From NCBI GenBank assembly GCA_009778595.1, contig WRJI01000003.1, forward strand, positions 6,308 to 70,307: a DNA stretch of 64,000 bases. Reading direction: 5' to 3'. The notes beneath the pieces were generated by a model. It worked only from the letters and a program-made list of their open reading frames with translations. It searched no databases and was not told the origin of the DNA. Positions 18,799 through 26,533 of the stretch are shown one piece after another (the first letter of the stretch is position 1; each line of letters opens with the position of its first letter). Position numbers and translations under genes: made by a program. Source of the stretch: Peptococcaceae bacterium. Lineage in GTDB: Bacteria; Bacillota; Desulfitobacteriia; Desulfitobacteriales; Syntrophobotulaceae.

Positions 18799-19698
18799 TC
18801 ATCCGTCCGGGCCTATGAAAATGCTCGTCGGAAAATCAGTCTGTGACAGCTGGCGCTGTTTTTCAGGCTCTTTTTGGCGTGATCGTCGTCGCTCTTTCTC
18901 TCGGTCTTCGATCTGCGATACATGCAAAACGCCGTCATCAAGCCAGCTCTGGAGTATTTTTGATACATACGCCATCTTCCGGACGTTCTGAGAGCTGGAT
19001 ATTTTCAATGCCTCGATAACGATCTCATCCGGCTCAGGGCTGCCGCGATTGCCGAAATCTATACACCATGACTGAATTGATTCGGCATCAAGAGGTGACA
19101 GAGGCCGCCCCCATGCTTGATGCGCGAATTGTATTGCTTTTGAGCCGGCTGGCTTTTCTGGTTCAGGTTCAGGATCAACGTCGACGACGTCCCCAAGGGG
19201 GACTATAGGGGGTTGTTGTTCTCCTATGCTTTTCTTTACTATGCTTTTCTTTTCTTTTCTTTGTGGGGTTTCAGGCATGGTTTCCTCCCTAGTTTCTGAC
19301 GCCGAAACTTGGAACCCTTGGTACTCCTTAGTTTTAGATCTCTTCCTCAACACGACTTCTGCTCTTTTTTTGATTCCGTTGCTCGTTAGCATTCCGGTTT
19401 CGCGGAAAGTTTCTCTATCGAAAGCACCGTGGCGGAGAAAAGAGGACAGGATGTCGTTGTATTCATCCGCGGTAATTTGTAGTTTCCGGCGAATTACCTC
19501 CCTCATTTCCTCCCCTATTTCTGACGTTGAAATATCAATACATAAGTCGTCGGATCTGTAACAATATTCCAGGTGCATAAAGTAAAAAGCATAGGCTTTT
19601 GCACCATATATCATGATCGTTGGCTCTATTTTTGGGTCTGTCGTTGAATCTGTGTCGTGCGGGAAATATTCCAATCCGACTTTCTTTGGCCGCCCCAT
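18799..19698 (-). CDS. Phage replisome organizer (DUF4373-like N-terminus, DnaD-like C-terminus)
   Basis: MGRPKKVGLEYFPHDTDS N-terminus. C-terminal SKILQSWLDDGV is a DnaD-type motif. Confidence 0.65.
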   Translation of the reverse strand: MGRPKKVGLEYFPHDTDSTTDPKIEPTIMIYGAKAYAFYFMHLEYCYRSDDLCIDISTSEIGEEMREVIRRKLQITADEYNDILSSFLRHGAFDRETFRETGMLTSNGIKKRAEVVLRKRSKTKEYQGFQVSASETREETMPETPQRKEKKSIVKKSIGEQQPPIVPLGDVVDVDPEPEPEKPAGSKAIQFAHQAWGRPLSPLDAESIQSWCIDFGNRGSPEPDEIVIEALKISSSQNVRKMAYVSKILQSWLDDGVLHVSQIEDREKERRRSRQKEPEKQRQLSQTDFPTSIFIGPDG

Positions 19699-19772
19699 CA
19701 GTTCACCCCCGTAGAAGCGTAAATTGATTTTTCACCATCTTTTGCCGTATTCGCGAGTCGGGCTTTTGGATA

Positions 19773-20609
19773 TCACTCCTCCGTAAAAAGCGCGTCCGTA
19801 AGACTTCTCGCTGCCTCGATCCCCCGTGGAGCAATCTCAAACCAATCGCCTGGCTTCGACATGCCGTCAGCGATGCTATTGTATATCGTGCGCAGCTCAG
19901 CAACGCCTTCCTTTGAAGCCCCTTCGATGGCTGAGCCGATGCGCTTTTCAATGTGTTCTTGCTCAACCCCAAACACCGCAAACTTTCTGATCATCTTTTC
20001 GAGAGAATCTTTCGTAACGTCAACTGTGGCAACGAGTGTTTCCCGGCATTTTTTGACCGCTGCGTCCGTAAGCTGCGGAGGCAACACCGCCAAGATGCAG
20101 GCGCGTTTCCGCCGGGATCCTTGGTTGGCAATGAGTTCGTAAATATCCCGCGGGTCGTCAAGTCGCTGTGTTTCCTTCTTGGTTTTTCGGATATGCTTCA
20201 CAGCGAAGGTGATGGCCGACCGCGTATTCGTCTCCAGATCCCAAGCATAGGCCTCCATCTCAGATTCACCGTCTTTCTGGGACAGCTCCTTAATTCCGTA
20301 CTCAATATTCCCCCAATGCCGCGCCATCTCTTCGGCCAGCCGGATACTCGGTCCGGATACGGTCTGGCCGCCGCGGGGATAGGAATACTCTGCCTGCTCG
20401 GCCAGCGCCTTTTTCCCGCAGGCAATCATAACCTCGTCGAAGGCCCTTCCCTGGTCTCTTGGGAATCTTTTCGCGATGACCATGCGGCTCTGTACCTCGC
20501 CAACGGCTCTGGCGCTCTCGATTGTCACTGCACCGGCGTTGACGTGATCCGGCATCATGGATATAAACGGGTTCTCGACCGCTGGCCGGCTTTCAATAAT
20601 TTCAGACAT
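19773..20609 (-). CDS. Putative single-strand annealing recombinase (RecT/Redbeta/ERF class; the family is not resolved by eye)
   Basis: 278 aa. It is located one small ORF away from the PD-(D/E)XK exonuclease. The conserved-looking core is YSYPRGGQTVSGPSIRLAEEMARHWGNIEY. Confidence 0.5.
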   Translation of the reverse strand: MSEIIESRPAVENPFISMMPDHVNAGAVTIESARAVGEVQSRMVIAKRFPRDQGRAFDEVMIACGKKALAEQAEYSYPRGGQTVSGPSIRLAEEMARHWGNIEYGIKELSQKDGESEMEAYAWDLETNTRSAITFAVKHIRKTKKETQRLDDPRDIYELIANQGSRRKRACILAVLPPQLTDAAVKKCRETLVATVDVTKDSLEKMIRKFAVFGVEQEHIEKRIGSAIEGASKEGVAELRTIYNSIADGMSKPGDWFEIAPRGIEAARSLTDALFTEE

Positions 20610-20610
20610 C

Positions 20611-20928
20611 CTAATCCTCCTTTATGCGTTCTCCGCAGTGTGGACAAAAATCAACTCCGCAGAATGTCGTGGTACATATCGGGCACTCTTCTCCATCTCC
20701 GACCCTATAAAGCTCCAGCACATCACCCTTTGGATCAACGCCACTATCCCATCCTTGATGACCGCTTTCCTCACTCGCCTTAAAAATGACAGCCCATGCA
20801 CCTTCGTATTGATAATATTTGCTCATTTCGGCCTGTAGTTCGGCTATGCTGATCTTCCCCCGGGATTTTCTCGCTATCAGGGCACTGTTACCGCGTATAT
20901 CGGTATCCCAAGTAAAATCAATCCCCAT
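20611..20928 (-). CDS. Hypothetical phage protein with C-terminal zinc ribbon
   Basis: CPIC...CPHC at the C-terminus. It is tightly packed between the exonuclease and the annealase. Confidence 0.45.
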   Translation of the reverse strand: MGIDFTWDTDIRGNSALIARKSRGKISIAELQAEMSKYYQYEGAWAVIFKASEESGHQGWDSGVDPKGDVLELYRVGDGEECPICTTTFCGVDFCPHCGERIKED

Positions 20929-20943
20929 TTTCTTCTTCCTTTC

Positions 20944-21726
20944 TCAGATTACCCACGGCGGCAAATGGATCGGCTGGATCTCATACCGCTCGGATGTGTA
21001 GTCCCATCCGATCCCCGGCCAGTGGTCAGTTTTTTCACATGTCAGGTACGTCGTCAACGCCGCCTGGTACTCGCTGCGACCAAAGCTGATCATCTCATCG
21101 TCTGGGGCGTAGCAAGCAATGGCATACGGCGGATCTTTTTCAACTGCGACAAAGATAAAATTGCAGTCACCGAGTCCGGCCGCCTTGGTGCCGTCGATGT
21201 ACCACGCCGCCTGCATGTGATACTGGTACGACAAGCAAGCTCTCGTAAAGGCGTCTCTGTCGGCGCTGGCCGCCGTCTTCAGGTCGACAATCCATCCAGG
21301 CTTATAGAGGTCCAGCCGAGCCTTGCCAGCAAGGCCCTGATCTGCCCACTGGATGGTCTTTTCTGTTTCGCCACCCTGCAATAGCGCCCGGCAAACAGGA
21401 TGGATCGAGACGGCGCCTGCGACGCCGTCTGCCCTGTCAAAAGTATCCTGGTCAATCACAGTCCGTCCAGCGGACTGCTCCTCAAACTCCGTCCATGCTG
21501 CTTTCCCGGCCTTTGTGCGTCTGTCAACAGCAGGCGCGACCACAAAAGCTTCTTCCCAGCGGTCCCTTTCCAATACCAACGCGTGGACAAGGATGCCAAA
21601 GAGTAGAGCTGGGGTGTGAGGGCGTGGATTGATCAGATTGGCCATATAATGAGCCGGGGATTTAGTGACCAGTTTCAAATCTGAACACCTGATACCCTCA
21701 ACGGCTTCATACTCCTGATAAGTCAT
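20944..21726 (-). CDS. PD-(D/E)XK exonuclease (RecE C-terminal / DUF3799-like)
   Basis: GWIVDLKT (D..K) followed by YQYHMQAAWY, the typical nuclease core. Confidence 0.7.
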   Translation of the reverse strand: MTYQEYEAVEGIRCSDLKLVTKSPAHYMANLINPRPHTPALLFGILVHALVLERDRWEEAFVVAPAVDRRTKAGKAAWTEFEEQSAGRTVIDQDTFDRADGVAGAVSIHPVCRALLQGGETEKTIQWADQGLAGKARLDLYKPGWIVDLKTAASADRDAFTRACLSYQYHMQAAWYIDGTKAAGLGDCNFIFVAVEKDPPYAIACYAPDDEMISFGRSEYQAALTTYLTCEKTDHWPGIGWDYTSERYEIQPIHLPPWVI

Positions 21727-21920
21727 ATCCCCACCGCCATTCTATAATCGATTTCGGCCTGCTGGCGTTCCTCTGCCCACCTGCGTTCCTGCTCATCTCT
21801 ACCATCCCTGATCTTGTCGCCGACATAGTCAATCATGTCAAGCAGATCCTCCAAGAGCGTCGCGGCATTCGACAGGCAGCCTATGGCCTCCTCAAGGTCG
21901 CTGAGCTGGTAATCGGTCAT
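21723..21920 (-). CDS. Hypothetical phage protein
   Basis: 65-aa acidic ORF, overlapping its neighbours by 4 nt at both ends. Confidence 0.4.
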   Translation of the reverse strand: MTDYQLSDLEEAIGCLSNAATLLEDLLDMIDYVGDKIRDGRDEQERRWAEERQQAEIDYRMAVGI

Positions 21921-22111
21921 GATGATGCCTCCGTATCAATAACGCAGGTTTTTTTGTCCAGTGTCGCCTTAAAAAATACGGCGTAATACCTTTTGCAGGC
22001 CTCACATTGCACAACCCTGTTTTCGGCCCAAACATCATCAGTCTCTCTGAGATCTGCAAGTGTTTTCTGTTCGTGTCCGCAGCACGGGCACTGGATGGTG
22101 GTGTATATCAT
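21917..22111 (-). CDS. Hypothetical zinc-ribbon phage protein
   Basis: CPCCGH...CEACKRYY. It overlaps rusA and the next ORF by 4 nt. Confidence 0.4.
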   Translation of the reverse strand: MIYTTIQCPCCGHEQKTLADLRETDDVWAENRVVQCEACKRYYAVFFKATLDKKTCVIDTEASS

Positions 22112-22575
22112 GGATTTTCCTCCTCTGTAAATATGCTATTTTCTGATGGGGCGCCCTGAGAGACCTGCTCCACAGTAACAACGATCCGAGGCTTGTCACT
22201 GTAAAACTTACCAGTCGGGCCATACTCCACGACCTGACTGTCATCCAGCCAACAGACGCCATTCAGCGCATCCTTAACGGCTTTGACATAATTGTCGAGA
22301 TCTGGTTTGCTCGTCGGCCGGAGTAAGCCGGAATTGGCTTGGAGCTGCCTTTTCCGCGACCAGCTACGCGGGATATCCCGGTAAAACTCGACCGACAACC
22401 TCAGCGGCCCCTGAAGCGGCTTTTGATCCCCAAGCTGCTGTTGCGCAGCGTATCTTACCTGCCGTTTGTAATCCCGCGCGTTCGCTGGGTCGTAGACGTG
22501 TGCATGCCCGGCGACAACAGACGCCCGCGGGCGCCCCTGGGCGACAGGGATGCCCGCGATTTCCAGGCGGATCAT
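22108..22575 (-). CDS. rusA: RusA-family Holliday junction resolvase
   Basis: IPVAQGRPR......YDP ... KPDLDNYVKAVKDALNGVCWLDDSQV. Confidence 0.85.
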   Translation of the reverse strand: MIRLEIAGIPVAQGRPRASVVAGHAHVYDPANARDYKRQVRYAAQQQLGDQKPLQGPLRLSVEFYRDIPRSWSRKRQLQANSGLLRPTSKPDLDNYVKAVKDALNGVCWLDDSQVVEYGPTGKFYSDKPRIVVTVEQVSQGAPSENSIFTEEENP

Positions 22576-23186
22576 TGGGCTGCACCTAACGGTACGCCGG
22601 TGCTTAATAGTGGTATATCGCTGTCGTAGTCGTGAGAGTCTTCGGATGGGGTCAAATCGTCCGCGAAGACCTCTATTTCGTTCTCAGAATCGGCGTCGCG
22701 AGCAGGATCAGCAAAATCAAGCGACTGCTGCCCAGAAAGCTTGTAAGCGCTCAAGATATTCTCGATGGATTTGTTCCAGGCCCCATGTCGCCGGACGATT
22801 TCAAAAAAGTCTTCAACATCATGGCCGATCAGGTAATATTTAGGGTTGCCGTCTGTGTCCTCCTCGCCTTTCTGGCAATGGGAAAGCTCGTGATCAATCA
22901 GCGCCATCCGGGTCTTATCGCTTCCTTCGAGAGTGCGCCAGACTTCCTCGTTGATCGAGATTGTGAAGTTTGACGGCTCATGATTTGGATTGGCCGCCAA
23001 CATTAGGATTTGCGTCTTCGTGCTGGTAAGCTCGGTTTGTGACCAAGTTGTTTTTTGCCGGCTGTTCCAAGCGCCCTCGCGGAGCAGTACAGAGAAGCGA
23101 GCCTCGGCCAAATCCTGACGGTGATCGTTGATCAGCGGGACGATGTAATTCTCGTAGATTTCTGAAGCGTTAAGATAGCTTGCCAT
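22572..23186 (-). CDS. Phage putative metallopeptidase-domain protein (HExxH)
   Basis: ALIDHELSHC motif. Trimmed to ATG 23186, which follows AAGGAGG. The track start is 23231. Confidence 0.5.
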   Translation of the reverse strand: MASYLNASEIYENYIVPLINDHRQDLAEARFSVLLREGAWNSRQKTTWSQTELTSTKTQILMLAANPNHEPSNFTISINEEVWRTLEGSDKTRMALIDHELSHCQKGEEDTDGNPKYYLIGHDVEDFFEIVRRHGAWNKSIENILSAYKLSGQQSLDFADPARDADSENEIEVFADDLTPSEDSHDYDSDIPLLSTGVPLGAAQ

Positions 23187-23199
23187 GGTGGTATCCTCC

Positions 23200-23862
23200 T
23201 TATTTATTAGCTCTATAAAATGCTTCTGCAAACCCCTTGGGGGTGATAGCCCGTAAGGCTGCGCGGTCTAGATTCAGGTGCTTGTATTCGGGCGGACAAA
23301 CGGGCGCGGCATGTCGGCTCCCGTTTGTCCGCCCGTTGGGAAAGCGCTTGACTAGATCGTCGGGGCGTACCTTGACAGTGGGCGTCGGATTCTTAAAATA
23401 CCCCCATAGATCAGTCCGTTTGACGCCAGCATGGCCAAATTGCCATTGCTCAAAGGTATAGACTGGCTTACCTAAAAACTGCCGTAAGAATCCTACTGGG
23501 TTTTCCAGGGCCCAGAACTTGAGCTGTGATCCCGGATACGCTCTGATCGTCCAAATGATCCTTAGCCCCGCCTCAACCAGAGCCAGTGGCTCTTCAAAAT
23601 CTCTAGGTGCCGCCCCTTTCGCAAGACTAAATTCGGTGCATACTGGAGCAAAAAGCACGCCATAGACATTAGCGATATCAACATGGCATGAGGGTCCGCC
23701 TTCCCGCGACATCCACTCTATCCCGCCGCTCCTCCTCAAGAATGTGTAATTTTTCATGTCGTATCCCGGCAAGGTGATGACCTCCACATCGTACCCAGCG
23801 TCTGCGTAGGGCTTCGACCACGCACCAGTCCCGCCACAGAGATCAAGGATCACCTTAGACAT
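23200..23862 (-). CDS. Small DNA (cytosine-5) methyltransferase-like protein
   Basis: DLCGGTGAWS (motif I-like), FAPVCTEFS (motif IV-like), ALENPVG (motif VI-like). Only 220 aa. Confidence 0.5.
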   Translation of the reverse strand: MSKVILDLCGGTGAWSKPYADAGYDVEVITLPGYDMKNYTFLRRSGGIEWMSREGGPSCHVDIANVYGVLFAPVCTEFSLAKGAAPRDFEEPLALVEAGLRIIWTIRAYPGSQLKFWALENPVGFLRQFLGKPVYTFEQWQFGHAGVKRTDLWGYFKNPTPTVKVRPDDLVKRFPNGRTNGSRHAAPVCPPEYKHLNLDRAALRAITPKGFAEAFYRANK

Positions 23863-24133
23863 CCGGCATCACCGACCCCACATACTCCGCATTCAAGTCC
23901 TCTTCATCCCTCTTCCGTGCCGCATCCATATGGACATCCCTGGCCTCTTCGTAGCCGGCGAGATACCCCTCAAGCTCCTCCGCGATGTCCTTAAGGCCAA
24001 CCTCCTCGCCCAATACCGCCGCATTGGACACAAGCAGTATTGCCCGTGTTAAGTCGTCTATCATCTCGTACAAGCAATCTATGCCTATCAATGCTTTACA
24101 CCTCCGCGATTTTGTGGTATTTTTAATTTGCAT
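23855..24133 (-). CDS. Hypothetical phage protein
   Basis: Trimmed to ATG 24133 (MQIKNTTKSRR...). The longer track ORF would overlap the upstream gene. Confidence 0.35.
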   Translation of the reverse strand: MQIKNTTKSRRCKALIGIDCLYEMIDDLTRAILLVSNAAVLGEEVGLKDIAEELEGYLAGYEEARDVHMDAARKRDEEDLNAEYVGSVMPDV

Positions 24134-24140
24134 GATTTCT

Positions 24141-24383
24141 CTAGTCCTCGGCCTGTGCCGAGGCCTTTTTTGCCTCCTCATACTCCTGACAGGCAATCTT
24201 TGCCACCCGCAACCCTGCGTGGCCCCATATCTCCCGTCTTGCGCCATTTTCGCTTACATATGCCTTCCACGCCGGTCGTCCAAGCTTGGCCCGATGGCCT
24301 GACTTGATACACAGATACGCCCTGTCACCGCCTACAGTGGCCTTATAGTACGCGCTGTCGATCCTTGCCCATTCAAGCTTCAT
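24141..24383 (-). CDS. Hypothetical phage protein
   Basis: 80-aa ORF in the early operon. Confidence 0.4.
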   Translation of the reverse strand: MKLEWARIDSAYYKATVGGDRAYLCIKSGHRAKLGRPAWKAYVSENGARREIWGHAGLRVAKIACQEYEEAKKASAQAED

Positions 24384-24606
24384 GGTGCACCTCCGGCTTC
24401 TGCAGCACCGCTAAATACTTCCTAGGCTCCGGCTGTACCGTAAGGCCATAATCTGCAGGAAAAATGACCTCGAGTGTCGAGTCGTCGACGCTTAGGATCT
24501 TTTGCGGCACTATGCCGCCGGGGGCATCCGCCATGCTGATCTGGCCGGCGCCGGTGATGGTGAGCGATATGCCCTCGTTTCCGGTTATCGTGACTGTGTG
24601 CTTCAT
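24373..24606 (-). CDS. Hypothetical phage protein
   Basis: Trimmed to ATG 24606, which follows GAAAGGAG. It has an ATGA overlap with the upstream ORF. Confidence 0.4.
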   Translation of the reverse strand: MKHTVTITGNEGISLTITGAGQISMADAPGGIVPQKILSVDDSTLEVIFPADYGLTVQPEPRKYLAVLQKPEVHHEA

Positions 24607-24923
24607 ACTGTCTCCTTTCTTACGGCCGGCATCTTGACCGCCTTTGCGATCTTGAGTAGCCGTGCATACTTCCTCTGTAGCCTCCAAAGCGCGTTCCTGG
24701 CCTCCTCACGGTCGATGATCGCGGCCGCCTTCTCTTCCTTCAGTTCGGCGATTTTGTTCTTGAGCACCCGATTCTCATCTTTAAGCCTTACGTGGGCATC
24801 GGCGTGAGCCTTTGCCTCGTCGGCAGCGCGGTCGGCGTAGCGCATCCATTCGTCCAGCCTGTCGCTAATTTCGGCATTCTCTTCTTCGAGTTCGTCTATC
24901 CGGCGCTGTTTGGCGTAGAGCAC
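24603..24923 (-). CDS. Hypothetical coiled-coil phage protein
   Basis: 106 aa, E/K/A-rich heptad-like sequence. Confidence 0.4.
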   Translation of the reverse strand: MLYAKQRRIDELEEENAEISDRLDEWMRYADRAADEAKAHADAHVRLKDENRVLKNKIAELKEEKAAAIIDREEARNALWRLQRKYARLLKIAKAVKMPAVRKETV

Positions 24924-25198
24924 TGCCCCTTCCCTCCCGTCTTCCTGTCATACCTCCGGCACTTCTCGCCGGGTCGGCCTCCGCATCCTTCGAGATTAGG
25001 ACATGGCCCCTCTAGGCAGTACTCAAAGAAGTCTTCGCCGGATTTGTCATACTCCTCGCAGATTCTCTGCGCTTCTTCTAGGCTCACGTTTCCCGCCAAT
25101 ACTGTGGCTAGATTAAAGAGTGCAATCCATACGTCACCGTAGACCTTGACGATGGTATAGTCTCCACGTCTGCCATAAGAGTGATAAGTCCAAATCAT
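24896..25198 (-). CDS. Hypothetical phage protein
   Basis: 100 aa. There is a strong RBS, AAAGGAGGAATGAG, before the ATG at 25198. Confidence 0.45.
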   Translation of the reverse strand: MIWTYHSYGRRGDYTIVKVYGDVWIALFNLATVLAGNVSLEEAQRICEEYDKSGEDFFEYCLEGPCPNLEGCGGRPGEKCRRYDRKTGGKGQCSTPNSAG

Positions 25199-25384
25199 CT
25201 CTCATTCCTCCTTTTACGCTGATGTCAGCGTGCTTCTGTGTCTTGGATACGATTTACCGTAATCGCGGCTTGCCCTGGTTTCATGCGTGCTTTAGGCTAT
25301 TTTGCATCTCGATAACGCGGTCTGCTTTGTACCTTTGTACTCTTCAGACCCTCCGCACTTCGGGCAGTTGTCAAAGACCCTTTC

Positions 25385-25657
25385 TCAAGCTTGATGATAA
25401 TCACACACCATGCGGTCGCTAAATTGCGCCATGAATTGCATTCCATGCAACTCAGGATCAAAAAAATAGGCGACAGAACACTCAAGAAAATTGCAACCTG
25501 CGACAACTTCCTTTATTGTAAAATCGCTTTTTCCTGATAATTTGTTGCCCAAAGCTTGAGGAGTAATGTTAAGTTCCCCGGCGAACTCTTTGAGAGAAGA
25601 TCCCTTTTCGGCTACACGCCCTCTTAGCCTTGAGAAATATCTACTTCGCATCATCAT
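25385..25657 (-). CDS. Cro-like XRE-family HTH regulator (first gene of the early lytic operon)
   Basis: SLKEFAGELNITPQALGNKLSGKSDFTIKE HTH. It is divergent from the cI-like gene. Confidence 0.7.
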   Translation of the reverse strand: MMMRSRYFSRLRGRVAEKGSSLKEFAGELNITPQALGNKLSGKSDFTIKEVVAGCNFLECSVAYFFDPELHGMQFMAQFSDRMVCDYHQA

Positions 25658-25893
25658 CTCGCCACCTTCCGCTTAAACGCTTTTCATGCAACTAATGACT
25701 TTGGGTCAGGGGAACGAGTTGCTAATAATGAGATTGTATATCAAGGTGAGCCGTCTTGTCAAGCACAAAAATAAATAAAATTTGGAAGTCATGCAACACG
25801 AGATTATTTTTGATTTTATAATATTGCATAATTAGCAATTATAATGTATTATACATAGAGGTGCTTGTTTTGATTAGAAAGGAGTTGAGTGAA
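25658..25893. promoter_or_regulatory. Lysis-lysogeny switch region (divergent promoters and operators)
   Basis: 236-bp AT-rich spacer between divergent HTH genes. CATGCAAC motifs lie at 25685 and 25790. The palindrome TTGCATAATTAGCAA lies at 25824-25838, next to TATAAT at 25840-25845. Confidence 0.6.
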
Positions 25894-26532
25894 ATGAAAA
25901 CGAGGATGGAAAAGCACATTGATCTCGCGGCAAGAAGGCTGCGGGAAATACGTGAAGGCGCTGGAATGAGCCAAAAAGATTTTGCTGAGAAGTTTGGTGT
26001 CCACAAATCAACGTATTCAAGATATGAAAGCGGGGAAATCGAGCAGCTAAAAATGCCCCTTGTGTCCAAGATATGTAACGAGTACAACATTAATGTTGGG
26101 TGGTTGGTTGGCCTTGAAGAGGAAAAATATATTCTAACTGAAAAGGCATTCCAAGAAACAAAACGATTGCCCATCCTCGGTATCGTTAAGCCTAACGTCT
26201 CAATCTTTGCACAATCGGATATCATTGACTATGCGTTTGTACCAAAGACCGACTCCGCCGATTTCTGCCTAATAGCTCAGGACGGTACAATGTTAGGAGC
26301 TGGGATTTCTGAGGGTACCGTTGCTTATGTAAAAACCCAGGATACAGCCGCCGCCGGCGACATTGTTGTTGTTGAGTTTGATGACGAGGTTATAATCAGG
26401 CGGCTCGTCATTTTATCTGACGGCACGGAAGTATTCTGTAAAGAGGAAATAGGCGGTAGGCGGGATAACTTCGGCCACATTCTAGGCAGAATCATCGGCA
26501 AGGTTACATCCTTCCGTTCGGAGGTAAAGTGA
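25894..26532 (+). CDS. CI-like repressor (XRE HTH plus LexA/S24-like C-terminal domain with a substituted catalytic dyad)
   Basis: MSQKDFAEKFGVHKSTYSRYESGE HTH. The C-terminal domain aligns to lambda CI, but GNSM is replaced by DGTM and FKKL by IRRL. Start trimmed to ATG 25894, which follows AAAGGAG. Confidence 0.75.
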   Translation: MKTRMEKHIDLAARRLREIREGAGMSQKDFAEKFGVHKSTYSRYESGEIEQLKMPLVSKICNEYNINVGWLVGLEEEKYILTEKAFQETKRLPILGIVKPNVSIFAQSDIIDYAFVPKTDSADFCLIAQDGTMLGAGISEGTVAYVKTQDTAAAGDIVVVEFDDEVIIRRLVILSDGTEVFCKEEIGGRRDNFGHILGRIIGKVTSFRSEVK

Positions 26533-26533
26533 C

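Noticed and set aside
19703-19981. 92-aa ORF spanning the annealase/replisome-organizer junction.
   Set aside because: It overlaps the 3-prime end of the 278-aa recombinase ORF in another frame, is basic and low-complexity, and has no RBS.
25839-26225. 128-aa minus-strand ORF opposite the cI-like gene.
   Set aside because: It is antisense to a well-supported HTH repressor, begins inside the switch region without an RBS, and has an implausible hydrophobic/Ser-rich translation.
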